A stretch of 63,934 bases of DNA, the filler included, from Octopus bimaculoides (Eukaryota): assembly GCF_001194135.2 (NCBI RefSeq). It is 4 parts of 4 records of this genome, joined end to end, with 100 filler letters (N's around TTAATTAATTAA, not from the genome) between each part and the next. Parts side by side here need not be neighbours in the genome. Positions count along the whole stretch, not along the records: positions 19,543 to 48,483 come from NC_068982.1; positions 48,584 to 61,690 come from NC_068986.1; 2 more parts are not named here. The stretch is one strand, 5' to 3'. This document shows, in pieces, positions 45,654 through 58,528 of this stretch (the stretch's first letter is position 1; each line of letters starts with the position of its first letter). The notes under the pieces are model-generated. The model was not told the origin of the DNA. It was given only the letters and a program-made list of their open reading frames with translations, and did no database searches. The position numbers were made by a program, and so were the translations under genes.

Positions 45654-47197
45654 TATGTATGTATGTATGTATGGATGGATGGATGGATGGATGGGCGGAC
45701 GGACGGACGGACGGACGGTCGGATGGATGGACGCTTTCTTTTTACCTTTTTAATTTAGAGTTAATCTTGGTCAGCCACCGACATGGTAGGAAAGTTGTAA
45801 AGGAAAGTTTCTTGTTTATTCGTAATCTTATTTATCTTAAGAAGGTCTTACCCGTCCTTATTGTCTTAGATATCGCGATCAATTGTAGTGTGTGAATTAA
45901 GGAGTTGCATTCCCTCCTCAAGAGTTCAAGTTCAGCCATATTTTACTCCAGGCGGGTTGGTATGGAGCTGAAAGTGTATCTTGGATACATGATTTGCAAA
46001 CTCCTTAACAAGGGTCTATAGATGTCCTTTTCCTTCAATATTTATCATACCACATTAATGTCTAGAGGGCGGCTATTTCTAAAACAAAATATATCGGAAA
46101 ATAAAGCTGATGCTCTAGAAACGAGTACGCAAAACTGCTTACTGAGCAGAGGCAAAAGAGACACTACATGTCACACACAAGTTTTTATCTTTGTCAGATG
46201 ATGACAGTCTTGTGGTACCCAACTCGGAATAGGTCTTTCGTCGGTACTTTGTAGAAATGTATGGATGAAGAGGTGGGTTGGATACGACTGATAAAAATGT
46301 CTTCCGTGTAAGTATTTAATAAAGTCCAATAGAAGAAGTAAAGTAATGTAAGATGCTTAAAATAATAGCCGTAAGACTGAGTGGAATAAATAGCGTGACC
46401 TAGTCGGTGTACCCTAGAAATTTCATTGAAATAGTCTCATTTGTTAATTCCAGTCTTGTTCAACAGGCGTTACATTGGTAGCTGAACAGAAATACGTGAG
46501 ATGTCGTATGACATAAAAAAAAGCTAACCTCACTACTGAAAGACCGATGTGATCAAGGAAGACACGTAGCTTTAAAATGAAAACTCTATCCACATAACTG
46601 CCCTCCATACTAAACTAGGTGCTATGTTCAGCTAGGAGAGCGCCATTGGGTCTATAAACCTGAAACAATTTGTTTTCTGGGCCGAAACTGTTAAGAACAA
46701 CCGGCATTATATAAAATACATCTCAGGGCTCGCACTAATGTAGATCAATCGAGACTGATGCAGTTACGAAGGCTAATTAATAGTTGTATTCAAGGTGACT
46801 ATCTGCGAGTGACCCTTATGGTCCGTATAATTAAACTACATTTGCATATTGGGCGGTCGACTAGCAGACTTGATAGTGGACAAACAACTGGTGGCATCTG
46901 TTTCGGTTCTTGTGCGTTCTCCAGATCAATTTCGGCTTTCATCCTTCCAAATTCGATAAAATGATGTTCCAGTTAAGTACTTGAATCAATTCCACCCACC
47001 CATCCTTTCTTCTTTTTGATGAACACTCGAGGGATCATTCACGGTATTCTTTTCCTGCTAGACAAACTCTTACGTTCTTTCGCATTAGAATGAAATTACC
47101 ATCGAGGCTCTGCTTAAAGGGTTTGGCACACTATGATGAGGATATCACCATGGCTTCAAGCTCAGTTACATTTATCGGAATATTAATATATAACACC

Positions 47198-47405
47198 TGG
47201 CAGAGTCGTTAGCACGACCGGACAAAATGCTATGTCGGCATCTCATCCGTCTTTACGTTATGAGTTCAAATTCCGCCGAGGTCAACTTTGCCTTTCATCC
47301 TTTCGGGGTTGATAAAAAAATGTACCAGTTGAGCACTGGGGTCGATATAATCGATGTATCCCCTCCCCACAAATTTGTTGGCCTTATGCTAAAACTTGAA
47401 ACAAT
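47198..47405 (+). mobile_element. SINE family B
   Basis: TGGCAGAGTCGTTAGCAC...GAGTTCAAATTCCGCCGAGGTCAACTTTGCCTTTCATCC...AAACTTGAAACAAT. Confidence 0.85.
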
Positions 47406-47838
47406 ATGAAACAGATTTTAGTTAGTATTTCAAATAGCTCTACCTGTTTACAGGTAGCGAATTAGCAAAATCATTAGATCGTCGCACAACATGCTTTGCA
47501 GCATTTGTTCCGACTCATCACGTCTTGTGTTTGCACCATGCTGAGTTTAACTTCGTTTTCCTTTTTCCGGTGTCGATAAAACAAACTAACTGTTCAGGGT
47601 GGTGACGTGGTAAAATTGTTAGAACGTTAAACCACATTGTTTTGTGTTTATCTGTTCCTCGTCTATATATGTTCTGAGTGCTCAAGCAGACATGACGAAC
47701 TTGTCGTTCTTTGACAAGCTCATAACGCTTGTAAAGGAAGTTACCGGGAATTATTCGTTAACCCAATGGTGTAGAAAGAATACCTGTTTAGGCTTGTAGC
47801 ATATATGTAACAATAGATTGTATTTTATGCATACGTAA

Positions 47839-47882
<44 letters not shown>

Positions 47883-48032
47883 NNNNNNNNNNNNNNNNNN
47901 NNNNNNNNNNNNNNNNNNNNNNNNNNNNNNNNNNNNNNNNTTTTTAACAGAGAATGCATACAAGTATTTCATAATTAATTTCTTACGATTTCACATCATT
48001 GCTTTTTCAATCTTACATAACAATTTGTGTGC

Positions 48033-48076
<44 letters not shown>

Positions 48077-48176
48077 GCGTGTGTATGTGTGTATACACAT
48101 ACACTTATGAAACTTACGTAAAGATTAGAATATATCTCTATATAAATGATTTATAATTGTTTGTATGTGCGCAGAC

Positions 48177-48450
48177 ATGGTTTTGTGGTAAGGACGTTCG
48201 ATTCGCAACCAGATGGTCTGGGGAGTAGTAGCACTGCGTGGCACCTTGACCAAGTGTCTCCTACTATAGTTCCCAGGCCGACTGAATCCTTGTGAATAAA
48301 TTTGGTAGAGAAGAAATTGTGTAAAAGCCAATCATGTGCGTGCGTGTGTATATGTGTGTTAGTGTGCGTGTGTGTGTGTGCGCACGTATGTGCATGTACG
48401 TATGTAAGTACGTACGTATGTATGTATATATATGTATGTATATATGTATG

Positions 48451-48483
<33 letters not shown>
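48177..48483 (+). mobile_element. Diverged SINE family A 5' half
   Basis: TGTGGTAAG...CACTGCGTGGCACCTTGACCAAGTGTCTCCTACTATAG...AATTTGGTAGA, then a microsatellite. Confidence 0.7.
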
Positions 48484-49559
48484 NNNNNNNNNNNNNNNNN
48501 NNNNNNNNNNNNNNNNNNNNNNNNNNNTTAATTAATTAANNNNNNNNNNNNNNNNNNNNNNNNNNNNNNNNNNNNNNNNNNNNATATATATATATATATA
48601 TATATATACAGATATATATGATATATATATATATATATGCATACATATGTTTATTTATTTGACACATATACACGCATTTGCTCACTCAGGCATTATTGTA
48701 TGTATGCATATACGTATACAGGTGTGTGTGTCTATATGTATATTATTGCCTGTTACCTGACAAGCTGTCTATCTTTTCCTCAGTTCCTCCACATGTCAAA
48801 TAGAAACGAAGAAAATGTAAAAGAAAAAGGAAGCACATATATAAAAAAAAAAAGAACCCAGTTATTTTTAGAGCAGATTGATATCCGTTATTCGAACACC
48901 GTTCTGTGCTGTCTGCGTTGTCACTTACGTATGTTATGTTATATAAGTCAAGCCAGCTCAAATTTATATGACCTTCATTGAAATCAAAAACGGCACCCAC
49001 ATGCGTTGACACAGAGATTTACGAATTCAAACACATACACGATCATACTCTCTCTGTCTATTTCTCTCTCGCTCTTTCTCTCTCGCTCTTTCTCTTTGTC
49101 GTATCTTCTCTCTTTCTCTCGCTATATCCAGACGCACGAAAAGTCTCTGCACATACTTAACTATTCCGATAAGAAAATAAGAAACAATTTTGTTTTAAAA
49201 AAGAGAATGGTGGAAATGAGTAAAAAATGTCAACCATACTACAAGAAATTACAGAATAAACTAGAAATAGATGAAAGAAAAAAAAAAAAGAAACGAAAAT
49301 GAAGAAAAATTGAACGAAATGTTGAAAAACTAGAAAAAGAATGGTATGAAGGAATAAGGTAATGAAACTAAAGAAGTGTGGGAATGTAAATAGCACACAG
49401 AGATAAAGAATGAATGAATGCAACAAAAAAAGATGAAAGAAAAAGAACATATATTAATGAAAGATAAAAAATAAATGAAAGAGAAAAATGTAAGAGTAAG
49501 AATTAAAAAAAAGAAGAATTAGGAACGAGCGGATGAAAGAATAAATTAGTTTAAATATC

Positions 49560-49790
49560 TAGCTTTCTTGGAAGACAGGTGTGCTATTTCCTGCAGAAGA
49601 TTGGGCTGGAACCAAGAGAAACGACGAAAGGCATAAAGGAGATAGCCATAGCAACCGAAACTAGTTCAACAAGGCTGTGGTTGACAAGGGACCGTAGGTG
49701 GAATCCTTCCCAGGCTAACGCTTATTCAGTCCGCATTGCTCTACTCAGGCGAAGGAGGCGTAATGCTTGTAACCTTGAGACACCTGCTAT
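49560..49790 (+). mobile_element. 3' fragment of a restriction-like-endonuclease non-LTR retrotransposon (HERO-like)
   Basis: FLQKIGLEPRETTKGIKEIAIATETSSTRLWLTRDRRWNP resembles the L..LG..G....I..I..AE..S.W.W..R...W C-terminus I recall for HERO/RLE elements. Recognition is from memory only. Confidence 0.45.
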
Positions 49791-50480
49791 GATACAGAAG
49801 GGTTTCTGTATATGATACAGAAGGGTTTCTGACATTGTATGGGTTTCAGAAGAAGCGCTTGTAATACCCCCAACTGACTCTTGTAGATTCTGCGTCAGAC
49901 AGTGCATCGATGTTTATAACACCCATATATAAAACCGAAAGTGGTTGATCTAAGAAAGATTTGGTTACTATTTTCAGCATTTCGTATTACCGTTGTTTCT
50001 TCAATAATTTTATTGCTATTGCTGTGTTTAAAGTAGAGATTTTTCATTCATTTATTTATATGTTTGCTCTTTTTGTCTATTTTTGTATGTTTACTGTTTC
50101 TGTTCCTTATATAGTCATTCGATCAATCTCCTCTTTATTTTTTATTCATAAATATTCATGTTTATTCTTTATATTTTCCCTTGCTTTTTCGTTGCTTTTG
50201 TTGTTGTTGTTGTTGTTGCGATTTTACTATATATTTAGGACAAAGACACAGACATTGATGTTATATTATTAGAACTATCCATCAAAGAATTGGTTTGGAA
50301 TATATATTACGTCTTAAAAGGCTTGCTCGTTTGCCTTCAGTTATGCATATAGACGTGTATGTTTATAAGCATTAACGCAAGCACACATACAGACAGGCAA
50401 ACATACACACACGGACGCGCACACAAACACGCACAAACTCTCACGAACTGACACACACACACAGACAAAAACACACACAC

Positions 50481-50526
<46 letters not shown>

Positions 50527-50737
50527 CACATTTTATATAAGTTGATATAAGTTGTTGCTAATATAAACATGTGTGTGTATTGAATTTGGTATAATATTAC
50601 ATACTATAAAGTAATATATATATAATACATATATTTAATATATATATATACATACGCATATATACATATGCGTATATACATATATACATACGCATATATA
50701 CATATGCGTATATACATATATACATATGTATATGTGC

Positions 50738-50803
<66 letters not shown>

Positions 50804-51392
50804 TTCTGTCTCTGTCTGTCTGTGTCTATATATATATATATGTGTGTGTATGTGTGTGTGTATGTGTATGTGTGTGTAAATGTGTGTGTGTGTATTTATA
50901 TACACAAACACATACATTCCATGCCTGCATACATACCTTAATAACCATCTGAGCGACGGCTCGATTTTAAACGCGTATCATTCAAAACGACTTGTACGCT
51001 GTAGTTTTGTATTTTATTTCATTTTTACAAATGATGCTTCTTATTCCTGTATCCCCTTAAATATCCTGTTGCGACAATAATATATCGGGAATTCATCGAT
51101 GTGTCAAGACCTTCTGTATCTTATCTTTTTGATGAAATGGTAATGGTGGATGTTTTTATAGCCGTTTTAGTATCGGCCAAAATAATGGGAAGTATACCGT
51201 ACCTGTTTCTCATTTGTTAACAACTGAATTTCTTATGTTTTGACAGTTAACGTCAGGGTTTTTTCCCCCCACTGATCAAGAAATAACTTGAACATAGTCT
51301 TGTATTATTTTGTTACTAAGATGCGTTATCGGTTTGTTTGGGTTTATGTCATGTTTAACTGTAAATATATTTTCCCCACTTCAAAATGTCTA

Positions 51393-51430
<38 letters not shown>

Positions 51431-51434
<4 letters not shown>

Positions 51435-51817
51435 TCTTTACTCTTTTACTCTTTTACTTGTTTCAGTCATTTGACTGCGGCCATGCTGGAGCACCGCCTT
51501 TAGTCGAGCAAATCGGCCCCCAGGACTTATTCTTTGTAAGCCTAGTACTTATTCTCTCGGTCTTTTTGCCGAACCGCTAAGTTACGGGTAAGTAAACACA
51601 CCAGCGTTGTTGGGGGGAAAAAACACAGACACACACATACATATATATATACATATATACGACGGACTTCTTTCAGTTTCTATTTACCAAATCCACTCAA
51701 AACAATTTGGTCGGCCCAAGGCTATAGCAGAAGACACTTGCCCAAGGTGCCACGCAGTGGGACTGAACCTGGAACCATGTGGTTGGTAAGCAAGCTACTT
51801 ACCACACAGCCATTCCT
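51431..51817 (-). mobile_element. SINE family A, near full length
   Basis: Reverse complement matches 40963-41359. Confidence 0.9.
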
Positions 51818-51819
51818 AC

Positions 51820-51822
51820 GAC

Positions 51823-51886
<64 letters not shown>

Positions 51887-52443
51887 TATTTATTTATTTT
51901 TCATTTTTCTCAGTGCATGCCACCAAAGTGAAACTGGGGTAAAATATACGAAGCCCAGTATACCCATCATGACTACCCGTCTGATAAGGGTACACCAGGC
52001 ACTTGCGCAGCTATATGTGCGCGGCGTGGTGATCTCATATCAAGATAAACAGCGCATGACCTTGCAGGTGGAGCCCAATTAGAATTTTCTTCAGGTCGAG
52101 TAGCCCATCTCGCTCAAAAGGTCCCTGAATAAGGGTTGTTTAAAAATGTTGAACGAAACACTCATGTTTCCAAAGGTGAATTATCCAAACTCCAAAGAAT
52201 TCCTTTCAATACATGGCTATGATGCTTCCCTACTACTTCTGCTCGTGATCAGAGATGTATATATCGTCAGCCACTAAGGGACATGCTAAATTGGTTAAGA
52301 TGAAACAACAAGCAAATCTGTGTTATGGAGCAGAATATTTGCTGTAGCCGATCTTTTATGTCAAGACAAAACAATGTACATGATAACACTTCCAATTAGT
52401 TAAAATCAGAAGCCATGAGAGCCACTGCCTGGCACTGCATCAG
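51820..52443 (-). mobile_element. Dispersed retroposed repeat with (AAT)n tail (family E)
   Basis: 51905-52150 is the reverse complement of 63063-63330 (CATCATGACTACCCGTCTGATAAGGGTACAC..., AGGTCCCTGAATAAGG...). Both copies end in (AAT)n. Confidence 0.8.
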
Positions 52444-54294
52444 TGTTGTTACAATTGTTTGAGAATTTTGTCGAATACAGTTACTTTTTTATTCATTTAC
52501 TTGTTTATTCTTTTACCTGTAGCTATATTGGAACAGCGCCATTTCAATAACAAAGAGCGTTGTCGACAAAGCATTTTCATACTTCAAGGGATTCTGAAGC
52601 TGAAGGTTATGTTTAATTGAAAAGTTCCTGATATCAATTAAACAATTATGTCTTTTTTACATTTAGTTTTGTGTTACGCTTTAGAATATAATACTGGTTA
52701 ATGGTTCCTTGCTGGAGATGCGTAGAACACTGACGAAAAAATGCTGTGCTTGCATATGCAGCGTAAGCAGTCAGTGGCACGCAGTTTACTACCTCCTTTA
52801 TGCATGTTGCTATAGTCATTTAAAGTGTCTTAGATTGTAATGTCTTGTTCGAGAAGTAATACCAGGCTCACCATTTGTTTTTAATTCTGTTGGAATCATC
52901 GTGGTATTAATAATAACTTCTTAGCGTTTGTTATTATCTTGTTGTTTAGATCACTGACTGCGGTATTTATTTGTACGCTCGCTCTTCAAAAAATGAAGAA
53001 GTGGGTGCACCTCCATCTTTAACTATTTATTTTTATTTAGTAAACAGGTTTGGATTGAACTGGAGGAAAGGAACACTCAATACTTGATAGAGAGCTACAA
53101 TTTAGCTCGAATAAGTTAGAGATTAACTCTTTTGCTACCCAGAGTTCTACACATATCTACAATATACACCATCATTCAAGGAATATTTGAATAATGTATG
53201 AAACAGTGTATCTGCAATAAAACACCTAGAATTGGATTGTTCTTTAAAAGATTGTTTCTACTTCTTTCTAGAATATCTTATTTTGTGGTGGAGCTAGTTT
53301 CGAATCTGATATTAGACTGTGTATCAGAACAACTTTCTTTTTTCTTCTTTTTAGAAACGCCTTTCCAGATTTTTGCAATATAGTGCATACAAACTGCGCA
53401 TATTGTAAATTTGTATATAGTAGCAAAACAGAAGCTGCATTTATATGGTATAAGAGCCAGTATAGTAATTTTTGCTGTTCTATGGGAAAAATTAAGTACT
53501 TTTCGCCAAAATTTAGATACTAATTTCATAAAAGTTGCATCTATTTAGTAAAAATATTTTAAAATTAGCATACTTTACTACATATATGTAATCGTTCTTG
53601 CTGTCTATAACTTCGGGAAAAAAAAAACCTAAGAAAGTTCAGTAAATATTAGTAAAATGACACACAAAAAATAATAAACGGCGTTGTAGTAAGGGAAAAC
53701 ATTAAAAACCCAGCTAATCAATTCCATCCGTTTCGTGTTAATCAAACGCCTGAAGATGTAAAACAACCGTCAACTGGTAGGTTTGGTAAGTGTACTCTTT
53801 AAGGAATAAACTTCTACTCGCTGGATTATCGAACAAAACTACCTTTCTCTCTTGTTTCTTTATGGCCCACAAGGGGCTAAACATAGAGGGGACAAACAAG
53901 GATAGACAAAGGGGTATCGTAGTCACGTGTGGATTCCACTGGAATTTCTTGGTGGTGACGCTCCCATAGCTTTTCACTAGTAACCCCTATCTTGCGGGGA
54001 AAGCAATCAACTGACCGTGGAGGAAATATATTTTAATACTCAGATTACACCCTAGCTTAAGGAAGGAAAGAATTAAAGTTATTCAACAGATTTTCGAAGT
54101 TTTCATCTTCGTTGTAAAACTCTTCCCGGTTTTTCACAACTTTTGTGAATGCCACCCAGGTAGCGTTTACAATATATATATCCTTAATCTTATCTTTCAT
54201 TTGTATCTGCTTTGACTCATCAAAGATACCTGCCCCATCAATTTCTCTTAGAGCAACAAATTTTCCACGTAAATAGTTGAATGAGATACCTTAC

Positions 54295-54512
54295 CTTATT
54301 TAAACTGTTAACAAATTATTTTCATCAATTGTTATTTGCTTTCATATTTGATTTCATCAAATTTGTTCAATATGAACTATTGGACGCAAAATGTCTTTTG
54401 GTTTAAACATGGGCGTATGTGTGTTGTTCATGATGTTGTGTTTTCTAACGTCGAAATCTCTTCTTTCCGGTTATTCCTTTCTCACCCAGCGCTCTTTTTG
54501 TTAGCTGAATTC
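54295..54512 (-). other. Candidate non-coding (5' UTR) exon of the RPTP transcript
   Basis: Strong acceptor ttggtttttacag and strong donor ATAAG|GTAAGG on the same strand as the RPTP and upstream of it. All three frames are closed and only short uORFs are present. No transcript evidence. Confidence 0.3.
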
Positions 54513-54599
54513 CTGTAAAAACCAAACCAAACAAAAACAAGGAAACTTAGTGTAAGTGTTTTGTTGGCCAAGCAGCATACAAATCATTCACTCATTTCT

Positions 54600-55240
54600 A
54601 ATCTCCACAAATCCACCAACTATGTTCAAATTATTCGACCTTTTTTTAGCACCACTTTCATGATTTCATAACTTTCTTTTAGATGTGCCGAGTAGCCAAA
54701 CGCTACAGAAGCAAACACATTTCCATTACTCAACAAAGCACACTTTAAGCTGTCCTTTGCGCTGTCAATGAAGAGTTGCCATTCATCTCATTTATGTTGA
54801 CATCCCATTGCATTTAACAAACCATTAACAGCATGACAACAAACCACGTCATCTTTCATACCGAAGAACTGCAGCAAATCTTTTCTTGTATGCCAATAAA
54901 AATCAACTGTTGTTCCCAGCGCTAGCAGATTATATTAATTTAACCCGGATTTCAACTATTCTACTGAGGTCTTTGGAAGATCCAAATCGCACACTAAGTC
55001 ATTTCATTCTAACTGGGTAAAGAGACCCGATGCCCTTATATCTGTTGCACTTTATTCTTTATGCTTCCCAGGAACAAGCATTTTAGTACAATGCTGTGCA
55101 AGTCAATTGCTAAGGGAAAGTTTGGGTAATTTATCTCCGATTTTGTCTTGAAGCTAAGTCCACCATTAACAATAAGCTAGGTCCACCATTGATCATTCTG
55201 TTTCATTTATTTTTCTTTGGACCATTGTCTCAGACGCAAG
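54600..55240 (-). mobile_element. Degenerate Chapaev3-type (CMC) DNA transposase
   Basis: Minus translation KSEINYPNFPLAI, FTQLE*NDLVCDLDLPK, VVCCHAVNGLLNAMG and EWQLFIDSAKDSLKCALLSNGN matches the family signature F.Q.ELNDL.RDL.L / EWRLFIDSS..SLKAVLLHNGN. The superfamily name is from memory. Confidence 0.7.
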
Positions 55241-56431
55241 TATCATAGATAGAATGAGGAAACCATTGTTTAATATGGTGGTGAATTTCACTCCAAACTA
55301 TTTGAAATATTCTCTTCTTAAAAAATCTATAACAAGTTGCTATCGTTTTGCTTTACCACAAACGTAACAGACAACATCCTAGCTCTACTTACACTTACTC
55401 TGCCCACTACAACTAGACATAATAGGTTATGAGTTTAAATGTGCTATACATATAGCATAACGTAAATTTTATACTGTCACACATTCATGAATGTTAGAAT
55501 TACTAGACCTTGCCAAAGTACGAAATGCCATAGTTAAGACCATTGGAAGACAACATGGTTCATATAGATGTCACCAACAATCGAAGCAACATTTATAGTC
55601 ACAAACAATTAGGTTATCAAGGGGAATATTCCAGAGAGACAGTTATGTTGTTTGTCCTAGTAGTGAACCTCTTGTTTGTCCTGTCGATGAAATGCCTAGA
55701 AAGATCCGAGAATGTAAGGAATGGAAAAGGTAAATAAAGACTACAAATGCTAAAATAGCTAAAATAATGTTTGTTAGATAACCTGTAACATACATAAAAG
55801 CTGCGTACGTAATCTTCAAGTTGTTTACATTGTCGCGTGGAGACGAGTAAATGAGTCTTCAATTTAGCCTCAACCCAAATGGTAGGTTGAGAAAAACAAA
55901 ATCAAAATCAAATGACCAATGAAATTAATTGTTAGTAGATTAGTCGATCTAAAAGGAAACAAGGTGAGTGTCTTTACAGAAAGAGAATGAAGTGTAAGAC
56001 AGCTTCAGGCGGGGCAGTAAAATTCCTTTACAATTTGGCGTCGGGAAGATAGTAGGAAACAAAAACACGGATAGCGTAATAAATAATGTAACAAACATTG
56101 ATTTAGCTATGAAACATTTGTAGTCATTACTTACCCTTTTCATTCGTTTCATTCACGGATTTTAATTCATATTTTTAGCAACTTGGGAAATCATGATTGG
56201 TATGATAACTGTCAGCTTATGAAAACTTCCTTTAATTTCAATGAGGGGAAAAGTGTGTAACTTGAGATGGATAATAAACACTTTTTATTGTATACTGTCC
56301 ACCTTTTGTTATCTATACCAGCTCTATACATGCTTGAAGCTTACTAATCTCCTACACCAGGATCTTTGGATAGCACTAATCTATGTATGTATGTAAGCCT
56401 ATATTTTTATCTGTCTATCTATCTACACACA

Positions 56432-56531
<100 letters not shown>

Positions 56532-56825
56532 AATGCAAACATCCACTTCTTTTTCTCTAACGCAACACGTGTCCCTCGTATCAATTAGGGATGTTTAATT
56601 TCCCTGTTTCTGTTACTGAAGAGTAGTAAACCACTCCGAAATGCATGCATCTAACAGTCTGGTTCAGGGGCGCTGCGAACTGACGCGGTATGTTTACATA
56701 TTTCTGTTTACGTGACAAAATACAGTGAATTGATTTCTTCCGGGTTCGAATATGTCTCAAGCATATTTGAACTAATAACCGGATTGTATTTATAAATATC
56801 ACTACTTAGTGTGTTACTCCATATA

Positions 56826-56856
<31 letters not shown>

Positions 56857-57939
56857 TTGTGTGTGTAAAATTAAACAGGAAGATGGGTAATGTTGTGATG
56901 CTCATGCTTTTTTGAATATAACATGGCTACATCACAGAGTTGGTTCCAGCTATTTGATTGTATGTGAAATATATATATATATTTGAATTCAATTATTTGC
57001 GTCAGTACGTGTATTAAACTCATAAAAGCCTCACCCACACAAATACACCTATATATTGAGGATATGCATACTCAAGCACGCTTACTCATACATACTCTAA
57101 CGCATATACACAGTCCTTCGCTGTTTCTTCTCTCCCCCTTTCTTTCACTTACACCCGCTGTCCACTTATACGTAGATATATTGAGCCATATTACCGTGTA
57201 GTACTGAATATCTACATATACAGATTGATTCATTGAAAGTATATGTATGTATATATATATATGTATATATATGTGAATATGTATGCATGTACACACACAT
57301 ACACAAACACATATAGAAATATATATATGTATGCATAATATATGTATTACATGTTTTCAATACACTTGTACATATATATGCATATGCATACTGTCGTTCA
57401 TATATGTAGAAATACATCTTTATGCGTATGTATCGATGCTTATATATATATATATATATATATATNNNNNNNNNNNNNNNNNNNNNNNNNNNNNNNNNNN
57501 NNNNNNNNNNNNNNNNNNNNNNNNNNNNNNNNNNNNNNNNNNNNNNNNNNNNNNNNNNNNNNNNNNNNNNNNNNNNNNNNNNNNNNNNNNNNNNNNNNNN
57601 NNNNNNNNNNNNNNNNNNNNNNNNNNNNNNNNNNNNNNNNNNNNNNNNNNNNNNNNNNNNNNNNNNNNNNNNNNNNNNNNNNNNNNNNNNNNNNNNNNNN
57701 NNNNNNNNNNNNNNNNNNNNNNNNNNNNNNNNNNNNNNNNNNNNNNNNNNNNNNNNNNNNNNNNNNNNNNNNNNNNNNNNNNNNNNNNNNNNNNNNNNNN
57801 NNNNNNNNNNNNNNNNNNNNNNNNNNNNNNNNNNNNNNNNNNNNNNNNNNNNNNNNNNNNNNNNNNNNNNNNNNNNNNNNNNNNNNNNNNNNNNNNNNNN
57901 NNNNNNNNNNNNNNNNNNNNNNNNNNNNNNNNNNNNNNN

Positions 57940-58021
<82 letters not shown>

Positions 58022-58239
58022 GCTGTCTGTCTGCCCCCCCTTCTCTCTCGCTATGTATCTATCTATCCATGTATCTCTACCTGTCTGTCTATCTGTCTGT
58101 CTATCTGTCTGTCTGTATCTGTCACTCTCTCTCTTTTTCTCTCTCTCTTTCTCTCTCTCTCTTTCTCTCTCTCTATGTATGTATGTATGTATGTATCTAT
58201 CTATCTATCTATCTATCTATCTCTGTGTGTTGGGTGCGT

Positions 58240-58465
58240 CTGTCTGTCCCTCTCTATCTATCTGTCCCTCTCTATCTATCTGTCCCTCTCTATCTATCTG
58301 TCCCTCTCTATCTATCTGTCCCTCTCTATCTATCGGTCCCTCTCTATCTATCTGTCCCTCTCTATCTATCTGTCCCTCTCTATCTATCTGTCCCTCTCTA
58401 TCTATCTGTCCCTCTCTATCTATCTGTCCCTCTCTATCTATCTGTCCCTCTCTATCTATCTGTCC
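58240..58465. repeat. 18-bp minisatellite (CTGTCCCTCTCTATCTAT) x~12 within a compound microsatellite field
   Basis: Directly visible. Explains the [12 protein letters not shown] pseudo-ORFs. Confidence 0.92.
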
Positions 58466-58485
58466 ATGTATCTGTCTCTCCCTCT

Positions 58486-58528
<43 letters not shown>

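Noticed and set aside
48743-49012. Minus ORF STHVGAVFDFNEGHINLSWLDLYNITY with a GTAAGT donor at ~48929
   Set aside because: There is an in-frame TAA just upstream with no acceptor AG or true ATG between, and the phase does not fit the RPTP.
58240-58465. Regular repeats as a CRISPR-like array (also 14403-14484)
   Set aside because: The units are contiguous with no unique spacers, the context is eukaryotic, and there are no cas genes.
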